Assembly (NCBI RefSeq): GCF_963921235.1
Contig: NC_086098.1
Location: 82,646,001-82,710,000, forward strand
Reading direction: 5' to 3'
Source: Mobula hypostoma
Lineage: Eukaryota
Length of the DNA stretch: 64,000 nt
The notes under the pieces are model-generated. The model was not told the origin of the DNA. It saw only the letters and a list, made by a program, of their open reading frames with translations, and did not search any database. The position numbers and the translations under genes are program-made. How positions within the stretch are numbered: position 1 is the stretch's first letter; the number at the start of each line of letters is the position of its first letter. This document shows, piece after piece, positions 23,165 through 34,512 of this stretch.

Positions 23165-23610
23165 CTGAGCAACACACACAAAATGCTGGAGGAACTCAGC
23201 AGGTCAAGCAGCACCTCTGGAAATTAATAAATAGTGGACATTTCAGTCTGAGACTCTTTTTCAGGACTCAAAAGGAGGGGGGAAGATGGCAGAATAAGTG
23301 GGTGGAGGAAGGGGAAGGAGGATAGTTAGAAGGTGATAGGTGAAGCCAGATGGGTAGGAAAAGTAAAGGGCTAATGAGAAAGGAATCTGATAGGAGAGAA
23401 GAGTGGACCATAGGAGAAAGGGAAGGAGGAGGTGACCCAGGGGGAGGTGATAGGTGGATAAGAAGAGGTAAGAGGCCAGAGTGGGAAACAGAAGAAGAGG
23501 GGAGGGGGAGGGAACTTTATTTTGTCAGAAGAAGAAATCAATATTCGTGCAATCAGGTGGGAGGCTACCCAGATGGAATGTAAAGTGCTGCTCCTCCACC
23601 CTGAGGGTGA
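23165..23610 (-). mobile_element. Penelope-like element 3' end
   Basis: Minus strand encodes TLRVEEQHFTFHLGSLPPDCTNIDF (homologous to the C-terminus at ~32370-32460), then a pyrimidine-rich UTR and terminal repeat with a decayed hammerhead at 23231-23270. Confidence 0.75.
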
Positions 23611-23699
23611 ACTCTCCACTCTCCCTTATTCCTATGGTTTCTTTTGGATCGGGACTACAGAGCATCATGGGAGCTGAATTCCGAAGGAAGGCAGTTTTT

Positions 23700-25542
23700 T
23701 AAAAAACTTCGAGTGCAAGAAGGACGAGACTGCACAGGTGCGTAATGTCAACAGAACAGCGCAGAGAGTTTAAAAAGGAGACCACCCTATACAGCGGGCA
23801 GCGGAGTGAGTGGGAGCAGAGTGTAGGGCTTTGTCTTCAATGGGCTTCGGCGGTAAACGGGAAGAGGTGAGAGCAAAGCACCAACTTATTTTTTCTCCTC
23901 CCCCACTTTCGCGCATCGGCCCGGACAGACAGGAACAGCAGGTGTCACACAGCTAACGGTATGAGCTAACGGTTTAAAAAAGTTCGCTTGTTTGGCGAGG
24001 TAAATGGGTGAATAGACTTATGTTTGCTGTTTCATTTCTGTAGAATTAGATAGCATGCCTACAGGGTTAGTGCTTTGTTCAGGGTGTCAGATGTGGGAAT
24101 CCTAGGAGACCTCCAGCCTCCCTGATGGCCACATCTGCGCCAGGTGCACCGAGATGCAGCTCCTCAGAGACCGTGTTAGGGATCTGGAGCTGCAGCTTGA
24201 TGACCTACTGCTTATCAGGGAAAGTGAAGGGGTGATAGACAGGAGCTACAGGGAGGTAGTCATCCCTAGGCTACAGGGGTCAGAAAACTGGGTCACTGTC
24301 AAGAGAGGGAAGGGAAATGCCCGGATAGTGGAGAGCACACCTGTGGCTGTACCCCTCAGCAACAAATATCTTGTTCTGGATGCTGTTGAGGGGGATGACC
24401 TGACAGGGGATGCCCACGGTGACCGGGTCTCTAGCACTGAGCCTGGCGCTGTTGTGCAGGAGGGAAGGAGGGAGAAGAGGAATGCGGTAGTCGTAGGGGA
24501 TTCCATAGTCAGGGGAACGGACAGGAGACCCATGGTGTGTTGCCTCCAGGTGCCAGGGTACGGGATGTCTCGGATCGGGTTCTGAATATTCTGAAGGGGT
24601 CGGTGAGCAGCCAGTTGTCTTGGTACATGTTGGTACCAATGACATAGATAGGACAAAGGAGGAGGTCCTGAAGAGAGATTTCCAGGAATTAGGAAGGAAG
24701 CTGAGAAGCAGGACCTCCAGGGTAGTAATCTCGGGATTGCTACCTGTGCCACGTGCTAGCGAGGGCAAGAATAGTAGGATCAGGCAGATGAATGCGTGGC
24801 TGAGAGACTGGTGTAGGGGGCAGGGCTTCAGATTCTTGGATAATTGGGATCTCTTCTGGGGGAAGTATGACCTGTTCAAAAAGGACAGGTTACACCTGAA
24901 CCCGAAGGGGACCAATATCCTGGCGGGAAAGTTTAATAGAGCTGTTAGGGAGGGTTTAAACTAATTTGGCAGGGGGATGGGAACCAGAATGACAGAGCAG
25001 AGGAAGGGGAAAACAGAAATAAATCTAAGATAGTGAGCAGTAAAGATGTCAGGAAAGACAGGCAGGTGATGGGGCAAATTTGTAGCCATTGGGATGAGTT
25101 GCAGTGCAATAAAGTTGCAGTGAAATCAAAGCAAAAAGTATCAAATACTGGTCTTAAGGTGTTATACTTAAATGCACGCAGCATAAGGAATAAGGTGGAT
25201 GATCTTGTCATATAGCTACAGATTGGCAGGTGTGATATTGTGGCCATCACTGAGACCTGGCTAAAGGATGCATGTCTCTGGGAGCTGAACGTCCAGGGGT
25301 ACACGCTGTATTGGAAGGATAGGAAGGTAGGCAGAGGGGGAGGCGTGGCTTTATTGGTAAGAAATGATATTAAATCATTAGAAAGAGGTGATATAGGATC
25401 GGAAGGTGCAGGATCTTTATGGGTTGAGCTAAGAAATAGCAGGGGTAAAAGGACCCTGATGGCAGTTATTTATAGGCCTCCAAACAGCTGCAGGGATGTG
25501 GACTACAAATTACAACTGGAAATAGAAAAGGCTTGTCAGAAG
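23700..25542 (+). mobile_element. CR1 LINE 5' half: 5' UTR, ORF1 (zinc finger, coiled coil, SGNH esterase) and endonuclease start; 3' part lost
   Basis: CSGCQMWE..CARC, LELQLDDL, VVGDSIVRG, HVGTND, DRLHLN (esterase blocks); YLNARSIRNK, AITETWL, GRGGGVALLV, IYRPP (APE endonuclease). Confidence 0.92.
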
Positions 25543-26770
25543 GTTTGTCATGCTGCACACTACATGTTACTATGCATTTTGAATTATATTTTATGAATTT
25601 ATTTATGGTAATATTTTGTTTTATCTGCTGTGTGTGATACTATACATGTTTTAAGGATGCACTGTGGTCCGGAGGAACATTGTTTTGTTTGGTCTTATAT
25701 AGGAACAGTCAGATTACAATAAGCTTGAACTTGAACTTCCAAGACTGAGATACCCTACCAAAATAGGGCAAACTGATGTCAATCCACAATTACTGTAATT
25801 GTGTGCTGACACCTGTTTCCATACTTTGAGCTAATTCCTCGACTTCTCATATTGGTACCTAATAATGCAGCTTATGCCTTCATTCCTGTGATCTGGGTAT
25901 TGTAACTGTATCTAGAATATGTAGTTATTCAGTGGCATGATTTATATCGTTTTTATAATATGAAAACTGTTATGTGTCCCACTTATTCCTACTATCCTAA
26001 TTTGTTGTCTGACATGAAGAGACAGTGAGGCAGCGGTTTAATAGCCTCAGTAACTAGGATTCTGAAACATTACAGGATTATTCTAGCAAACTGCTTATGT
26101 ATTCATTGTTATGGCTTTTATAGCATGGAATAAATTGTAGCAAACATTTTGTTCATGTTACCATAAACCTGATGTATCTGTATATTTCTCACATCACATT
26201 GTATAGAGAAGGTTAAAATGCAGATATGGGCTTTAATCTGGAAGTTTTCATCACATAAAGTGAAGTGATCATTAAAAGAACCTCAACTGCCATTCCTGAT
26301 AAGTCCATTAAAATAATGAACCCGGCTAGTAGTGCAGCAGTTGAGTTATTTCTCTTAATTACTGGTTTAGCTTCACTTGTAATATGGTACCACATATAAT
26401 AATCAAGAACAGAATTAGCAGTTACCTGGCATAGTTTGGACTGATTAGTGAAAGCCAGCATGTATTTGCAAAAAAAACAAATCAAGTCTAACCAGCTTTG
26501 TAGAGTTATTGTTTTAATGCAGTAATAGAATGAATTAATGAGGAAATACAATCAGCATGGACCCCCAAAAGGCATTTGGAAAGCACCCATAAAATAAGTA
26601 AGCTTGTCATCAAGACTGAAGACTATAAAAGATTTGGTAGCAGCATGGATAGAAAATTGACTAGATAATAGAAAACAAATAAGACATTCCCCAGGTTTCA
26701 GCAGGCTTCCATTCCTGAGAACTATTCATAACCCAAAATATATGTTGGAATTGCTGAAGGTAGCATAGCA

Positions 26771-27098
26771 GGGGTGGCATGGTAGTGTAACAGTTAGTGT
26801 AATGGTTTACAATGCCAGCTGTAAAAGCAAGGTTGAGTTTCTGCTGCCAACTGTAAAGAGTTTGCACGTTTTCCCATGACCACATGACTTTCCTCCGGGT
26901 GCTCTGGTTTCCTCCCTCATTCCAAAGATGTACAAATTAGGATTAGTAAATTATAGGCCTGCTATGTTGGCTTCGGAAGTGTATCAACAGATGCAGGCTG
27001 CCCCAAGCACAATTCTCACTGATTTGATTTGAAGCAAACAAAGCAGTTCTTTTTCTGTTTCAATGTACATGTGACAAGTAAAGCTAATCTTTATCTTT
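26771..27098 (+). mobile_element. tRNA-derived V-SINE
   Basis: tttcctccgggtgctctggtttcctccc core; same family as 5615-6201. Confidence 0.75.
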
Positions 27099-27439
27099 AG
27101 AAACAGTTTGTGGAAGGGAATCACAGAAACAGTTGTGATGGTAGAGCGAGCATGTGCAGAAAGAGCAGCTGCTAGCCAGTCTCACTGACTTAATGAGTGA
27201 GCCTAATCAGTGCTCACAGCTCTACTTGAATCAAACCAGCCCCAATTTTTGTAGCTCTGTTCCAATCTGACAGAAACTGCCCTGTAAGTCCCAGCAAATT
27301 CATCCCCATCCATTCCACCAGTCTCCCACAAGCTCATTTGTACATACTATGTACTCATAAGTTGGGTGTTCCGAACCTGAGAAGGACCTGTAGTTCTGCT
27401 TGGTGTGTCACGTTGGAGAGAGTAGTTCATAAGTTCTTA

Positions 27440-28350
27440 CAAGATGCATTGCTTTTTATCATGTATATCGATGAAATAAATTTGGATTTGCAGGACACAG
27501 TTTCCAAATTTTTCAGAAGGGACTATGGGGAGGTTAAGTGTTGACTTCAAGAAGATACAGATAGGTTGGTGGAATGGACAGGTAGGTAGGTGGTCGATGA
27601 AAGTTGATACAATGAAAGGTAAAGAATTGCATCTTGCTTGGAAGAATGCAAAACAACATAAATTGGAGGGCAAAATTCTAAAGGGGTACAATTACAGAGA
27701 GATGTAAGTATTTGTATAATTTGTTAAAACTAGCAGGACAGGTTGAGAAAGTAATTTTAAAAAGCACATGGGATCCTGGACTTTACAAAGACTATAAAAA
27801 CAAAGCAATCTTGATGAATATTTATAAAACACAAAGTTTGCCATAATCAGAATATTGTGTTGATTTTAGAGTGTCACACTTTGGGAAAAATGTAAAGGCT
27901 TTAAAGAAGTACTGAAGAGACTTACTAAAATGATTCCAGGGATTAAGGACTTTAGTTATGTAGATAGAATGATAAATCTGGGGTTGTTTTCCTTGGTATT
28001 GGGGAGATAGCAAGGGGATCATAGTTAGGTAGTGGTAAAATGTTCCAATTAGAGCAGCTAACTAGAATTAGGAAACTTTGAAAGAAAATATTTGGCAAAA
28101 TTAAAATCTTACCCAAGTAGGTACTTATTTTACACAGCTAATGGCTAGGCATGGAATGCACTATTGAGGTAGTGATGTAGCCAAATTCAGTCCACCAGTC
28201 AAAATGAAGCTAATAAGTACTGTATCTGAAATGAATGGATGTTTGGTTTCAGAGGTGTATGGATAACTGGAGTGCTCTTGTGTAGAATTCAAATATGGTT
28301 GATGGTCCAAGTAGCCTCCTTTCATGCTCTAACCACTCAGTGATTATATG
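27440..28350 (+). mobile_element. Old, decayed CR1 LINE fragment
   Basis: Faint RT C-terminal remnants (gaatattgtgt, atgattccagg) and CR1-like tail. Confidence 0.6.
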
Positions 28351-29901
28351 ATAAGCAGCAACTGCTCTGAGCATTTTCTAAGTTGAAAGAAAGGGACATT
28401 GTTGTGGAAAGATAATCAGCAGGGAATCTAAGATGTTTATGAATGATCTGCATTTTTGCTCTGTCTCTGACCTTGAACTGGTTGCTATGGATACTCTTCA
28501 ACTGTTTCCTTTATCAGTCATTACCTTTTATTCACAGAATTCACATTTTCACAGAGAACATTGGCATGCTTTAAATAATTCCTTTTAACAACTGATTTTT
28601 CAAGACATGGTGTTCCCTACCCTTTAACTTTTTGGTATAAAAGCACAAATCCCTCAATAGTTAAAGCAGATTTATACAGATTTTCTCTGCTTTCCCTAGC
28701 TCTTCACAATTTCCTCAATGTTTATCCTAATTTTATGTTGTATTCTTAGTTCATATTTCCTTAAGTCTGCAGTGAGACAATAAATTGACCTGCCTGAGCT
28801 GATAACTACATGAGCCTCCTTATCTGTCTTTATCCTTGTCATTTTTTTCTCCCCCGTACTGAACTAGCTTCTCCTAAATCTAAACTATCTGTTTCAACTG
28901 ATTTTTATAGGTATAGCACATAGCACATTTTTATTACTATTTGCTCTCCTCAGAGATTTGTCCTGAATTTTCTAAGGTTTGACATTGAAAGCCTTTTGAA
29001 AATCAAAATATATTAAATATAGCAGATTATTCTTGTCTACTCTTTCTATTATGTCTTTGCAGAATTTAATAATTCATGGAATTCAATCATAACCATTCTT
29101 TTTGAAATACATGCTGGCTACATTTCATGATATTTTTGTTTCAATTACATCTTTGAATAAGGAATCCATTAGTTTTCTTATCATCTCCGTAAAGCTAGTG
29201 GGTCTATCGTTTCCTGAACGTTTTCTGTCTCCATTTTCTAACTGTCTGATTAGCATTGGCTATCCTCCAATCCTCTGGTACTTCTCCCTCATCACATTAA
29301 AAAATATATTTATGTCATCGTATTTCAGTTAACTTTCCTCAAACTTACAATATTTGTGGATTTGGTCCATCTACGTCAGGGCTTTTATGTCCTCATTAGT
29401 TTCAAGTTTGTAAATTATTTATTGCCCTTTCTACCTTAAATGCTTTATATTTTTGATCTCTTATAATGTCACCTGTTAGACATCCTTTAAATACCAAGCT
29501 GAGATATCTTTTCAATATTTATGCAATATTCTTCCCATTATCTGTGAGTTTAGCTTGCCACCTGAAACACATCCTGACTTTTCTTGCCTTGTTGCATTTG
29601 TTATTTCATTTCATGTTCTATTATAATTTAACCTTGTAGTTTTTTTATGCCTTTTTATATACTTTGTAAATCTCTTCATATTTCCTTTTGTCATTTTCAC
29701 ATAGGTACTCAGTATTCTGCCTTTATCCTGTTATTTATTCATGGTGTACCATTGTTGACTAGTTTGTCTTTCATTTAGACCATTTCCTTTGAAATTCATA
29801 GATAATTATTTTTAATATGTACCACTGCTGTCCTATCACTATTTTATTTCTGGTTTGAATTCCCTGATTCTTCTTCTTCTGAATTAGCTTGTTTACAATT
29901 T

Positions 29902-30034
29902 AAAATGCCGGAGGAACTCAGCAGGTCAGGTCAAGAGATATCCTTCCCATAGATGCTGCCTGACTGGCTGAGTTCCTCAAGCATTTTTGTATGTGTTACT
30001 CAGGATTTCCAGTATGTGCAGAATCTCTTGTGTT
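29902..30034. mobile_element. Second fold-back Penelope terminal-repeat derivative
   Basis: aaaatgccggaggaactcagcaggtcagg / cctgactggctgagttcctcaagcatttt inverted arms. Confidence 0.7.
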
Positions 30035-30880
30035 ATTGTCTACGATCTATGGTTTTATCTGATCTTCATTATGTATGTCTTTACCATCATTGCTTAAACG
30101 TTTACAATGTTGTGATTGCTGTAATCTGCACTAACTATTCTTGTCCATATCCTTCACAAGAATCAAGCATGATACTCTTTTTAAAAAAATTAGGTAGCTA
30201 TTTTAAAATTTTATTTGTTCATTTTACAGAATCTGATTCATGCCATACTGCAAGATCATTTCTAATAGCCTTGGAGAACCAGTTGTAGACACCTTCTAGA
30301 GTAGCTGCAGGCTCTTTGGTGAGGCTACGCCCGCAATGCATTCAATAGGAAATTCCAAGGATAGACCCAGCAAATATGAAGGCATGGTGACATGTTTACA
30401 AGGTGGGATCATGTGCAAATTGGAGTAGAATGTTCAGGTGATGATGTTCACCTGCACTTGAAGCCCTTGTCCTTCTTGGTGGTAGGGATCCTGGTTTTGG
30501 GAGATGCCGCCAGAATAGCCTTGGTACAAAACTGCATTTTGCTGTTGGGCCACACCAAAGCCACAATGCACTGCTGGTGGACAGAATGAATGTTTAGGTT
30601 AGTATGTAGGATCCCAAGGGCTGTTACATCCATAGAACATTACAGCACAGTACAGGTCTTTTGGCCACAATGTTGTGCCGACCTTTTAACCTACTGTTAT
30701 TCTGCCCGGTCCCATTGACCTGCACCCGGACAATAGCCCTCCATACCCCTCCCATCCATGTACTCATCCAAACTTCTCTTCAATGTAACAATTGAACACA
30801 CATCAACCACTTCTGTACCACATTTGTACCACTCTCTGAGTAAAGGAATCCCCCCTCAGGCTTCCCTTCAACTTTCACCC

Positions 30881-31693
30881 TGGTGTGTATTTAATATTTC
30901 AGCAATATTTGACTAATGAAGAAGAAAAAGAAAGCCCTTAACTCCGAGTGGAGTCATTGGGACGCTGTCGTGACTGCGTTTTTTTTTAAAGCAGGCTTTC
31001 TTATTTTTATGAGACTGAGTTGCTAGCTCGACGCTCAACCCAGCACGGATGGAAAACGTGCAAGGGACTGGCTGGATTCGAACTCGGGAGCCTTTGCTCT
31101 GAAGTCCGGCGCTGATGCCACTACACCATCAGCCGGCTAATAGTCGATTAATATTGTAAATATATTGTTTTATTAAGCATTCTTTGTTGATTAAATAATT
31201 CATTATGGGTTATATGTAAAACTACGTGAATTGTATACTTCATTATACCACGAATTCAAGAGTAAGAAATCCTTCACAGCAATTAAATCTTAAGGCCAGA
31301 ATGGGACATCTTAAAATTTACCATGCTGTTGATGTCTATATAGTAGTTGCACTATATAGTATACTGTGTATGCATCTCAACTTATACCAGATAAGTTGAG
31401 ATACATTCTATATTGAGTTGGAGTTTATAGATAAGCAGGAAGGGGTGTTGTGTATTTAATATTTAAGCAATATTTGAGAAATATTGTAAAAATATATTTG
31501 ATTTAGTATTCTTTGTTGATTAAATAATTCATTAGAGGTTATATGTAAAAATCTGTGATTTGCATATGTCATGACACCACCATGGTATATGTGCGGGCCT
31601 CATTTAAAGTAAAAACAAAGCTAAACTTGCATTCCGGACTCCCTTGTTTTCCTTCCAAATAACTTTTAGGCTTTGGAGTTACAAAATGTAACA
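30881..31693 (+). mobile_element. Internally deleted Gypsy-type LTR retrotransposon
   Basis: Complete 3' LTR at 31446-31693 (TGTTG...TAACA) preceded by a polypurine tract aagcaggaagggg; homologous partial 5' LTR from 30881; internal remnant reads SRVRNPSQQLNL. Inserted in a minus-strand CR1 tail (30633-30880, resuming ~31695). Confidence 0.75.
30916..31140 (-). mobile_element. tRNA-derived SINE with (ttc)n tail, nested in the 5' LTR
   Basis: Minus strand: A box tggtgtagtgg, B box gagttcgaatcc, tail ctttttcttcttc; CpGs retained. Confidence 0.8.
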
Positions 31694-31939
31694 CACACTT
31701 AACCTATGACCTCTGGTTCTAGAGTGACTTTGTGGTAGTGGTAACTTTGACAGGCACTGGTAAAGCATGACCACCAGATTCCTGTAGATTATAAAAGTAC
31801 CAGTTGTCCAAGCAAATGAAGTCTTAATTCAAGACCCTAAATTCTACAGCATAAATATCGAATATGTTGGTCTCATAGATCAAGACCCTAAAATATAGAT
31901 CATCCATACAAATTTCCAAACTGATGAAAACAAATCCCT

Positions 31940-32915
31940 CAACGTAAACACGAGGAATTCTGCAGATGCTGGAAATTCAAGCAACACACATCAAAGTTGC
32001 TGGTGAACGCAGCAGGCCAGGCAGCATCTCTAGGAAGAGGTACAGTCGACATTTCGGGCCGAGACCCTTCGTCAGGACTAACTGAAGGAAGAGCTAGTAA
32101 GAGACTTGAAAGTGGGAGGGGGAGGGGGAGATCCAAAATGATAGGAGAAGACAGGAGGGGGAGGGATGGAGCCAAGAGCTGGACAGGTGATAGGCAAAAG
32201 GGATCATGGGACAGGAGGCCCAGGGAAAAGGAAAAGGGGGAGGGGGGAAAACCCAGAGGATGGGCAAGGGGTATAGTCAGAGGGACAGAGGGAGAAAGAG
32301 CAGAGAGAGAGGGAAAATGTGTACATATAAATAAATAACAGATGGGGTACGAGGGGGAGGTGGGGCATTAGCGAAAGTTAGAGAAGTCAATGTTCATGCT
32401 ATCAGGTTGGAGGCTTCCCAGACAGAATATAAGATGTTGTTCCTCAAACCTGGGTGTGGCTTCATCTTTACAGTAGGGGAGGCCGTGGATAGACATATCA
32501 GAATGGGAATGGGATGTGGAATTAAAACGTGTGGCCACTGGGAGATCCTGCTTTCTCCGGCGGACAGAGCGCAGGTGTTCAGCAAAACAATCTCCCAGTC
32601 TGTGCTGGGTCTCGCCAATATATAGAAGACCACCTTCGGGAGCACCGGACGCAGTATATCACCCCAGCTGACTCACAGGTGAAGTGTCGCCTCACCTGGA
32701 AGGACTGTCTGGGGCCCTGAATGGTGGTAAGGGAGGAAGTGTAAGGGCATGTGTAGCACTTGTTCCGCTTACATAGGGAGCGATCCCTGCGGAAAGCGGG
32801 GGGGGGGGAGAGAATAAGGGAAAGATGTGCTTAGTGGTGGGATCCCGTTGGAGGTGGCGGAAGTTACAGAGAATAATATGTTGGACCCGGAGGCTGGTGG
32901 GGTGGTAGGTGAGGA
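31940..32915 (-). mobile_element. Penelope-like retroelement, 5'-truncated: GIY-YIG endonuclease remnant and terminal repeat
   Basis: Minus strand FTCESAGVIYCVRCS (frameshift) LYIGETQHRLGDCFAEHLRSV...HSHSDMSIHG...EEQHLIFCLGSLQPDSMNIDFSNFR*, stop at 32370-32368. Confidence 0.85.
32043..32080 (-). ncRNA. Minimal type I hammerhead ribozyme motif (Penelope-associated)
   Basis: uaguc-CUGACGA-A-GGGU(cucg)GCCC-GAAA-UG-UC-gacug: stem I, full core and stem II; predicted cleavage after GUC between 32048 and 32047. Confidence 0.7.
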
Positions 32916-34441
32916 AAAAAAATCCCTCATCAAGGTTACTATGAACAAACCTTTTCACAGATGCAGGTAGCTCTGAGGTGTTAGTATAGGTACATTTTGT
33001 TGCCAGATTTTCAACCTCTCAAAAGCCTTTCTGTCAGAAGTGTTTTTCAGGAAACTCATGGATCCAAGTAATATTGTGAAGGCAAATTAATATCCTGTCA
33101 TTTAGCAATTAATACTTTGAAATTGACAGTCCTGCTGTCCCATCCGTGGTTTCAAGCACAAAGTCTAATATCCTGTAGTTAAATACTGAAGTTGGTGGTT
33201 GGAGCAGTTTCTGGACAGTCTGTCAATTTCTCTGGTTTTAAACACTGACTGCTCCCAAAAGCATGTGCTCATGCACATAAAATTCAACCCATTGTCTTCA
33301 TCTAAATGCATTCCTTTCCAACGAAGTGTTTGTTATGTTTCCATTGTCTCTAATTAGTGTAGCCAGTTTACCATCCCCCTTCCTTCCCTAACTTTTCTAA
33401 ATCATTACATCCTATCATATTTAACTTCAATCCTGCTCTCTAGTTAGTTCTGTTGCAGTTATTTCTACTGCATATTTTTACTTTCAAGGTTCTGCTTGCT
33501 TTATTTTTGTCCTGAACTATTATCTCCTTTACCCTGCCACACAGAAACCCAGTGTATGCGTTGGATGATTTTTTCTTCTCTGCTAGTAAATTAAATTAAA
33601 TTTATTTTTCATAGTCCAAACATTGCACACATTTTTGTTAGTTTTCCAAATCATTCAGATTTTCAGAATTTTTGGACAATATAATGTACAGCTACTTTTC
33701 AATGAGCAAATGGGGAAACAATTGTGACATTAAAATTATTTCCCTTTTCACTGTTGGTTGAAGTTATCGCTTCCAGAATGTTGCGGATGTAAGAATGTCA
33801 GAGGATGTAAGAATGTCAAAGGCTGTAAGTGGTATCTTGTGCAGTTCACATTCAATTGTTTTGCACTGGTAGCAGGAATCTGGCTGCAACATGGCTTCAA
33901 TAAATTCTGCCCTAAAGGGGCTGCCAGCGTCATACTGAATGATTACATACCTCACGTCCCCGAGTGGTTGAGCTACCTTATGGCAGAGGCGTTTCTTTCA
34001 ACCTACTGAATTCTGATATCAAATTCTTCTTTCTATATTGATTTTAAAGGATAGTAGGATGGGGAAACTATAATAGAATTATTTATTCCTGAGGCTAGAC
34101 AAATCTATATAGAACTTTCAATTAAAAGTAATTCTAATAGTCTCCTCTCCAGCATTCCAGAAGATTAAATCAAAAATAAAAGTTAATAGGTTTGTAAATA
34201 TTTTAAAAAGCGTAGAAGCCAATGCAGAAGATTTCCATATGACAATTTTAATCCCTTGGGCTATTTGGGTTTAAAATGAAATAGTTCCCTATCAATTATT
34301 AATACAATAATACCATGAAATCTAAATACTGGCTGTGCAATATTCCTGTTGTCAAAACGACATTCAAAGTGGAAAACATAATGGACCAGTTTTAGCAATT
34401 TTATACACTATATGTAAGACTATCTTCATTAACATAGAAAA

Positions 34442-34448
34442 ACGCACG

Positions 34449-34499
<51 letters not shown>

Positions 34500-34512
34500 A
34501 TGCACACACACA
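34442..34512. repeat. Compound (CG)n(CA)n microsatellite
   Basis: acgcacgcgcgcgcgc followed by a long CA run. Confidence 0.97.

Noticed and set aside
24154-24964. Cellular SGNH/GDSL esterase gene
   Set aside because: Motifs belong to CR1 ORF1, directly followed by the APE endonuclease; contains a stop and frameshifts.
31060-31140. tRNA gene
   Set aside because: A and B boxes are present but I cannot fold a full cloverleaf, and it continues into a SINE body and tail; it is a SINE head.
33786-33819. 18-bp tandem duplication (similar ones at ~16671, ~23951, ~48184)
   Set aside because: Two-copy slippage duplications without further structure; ordinary.
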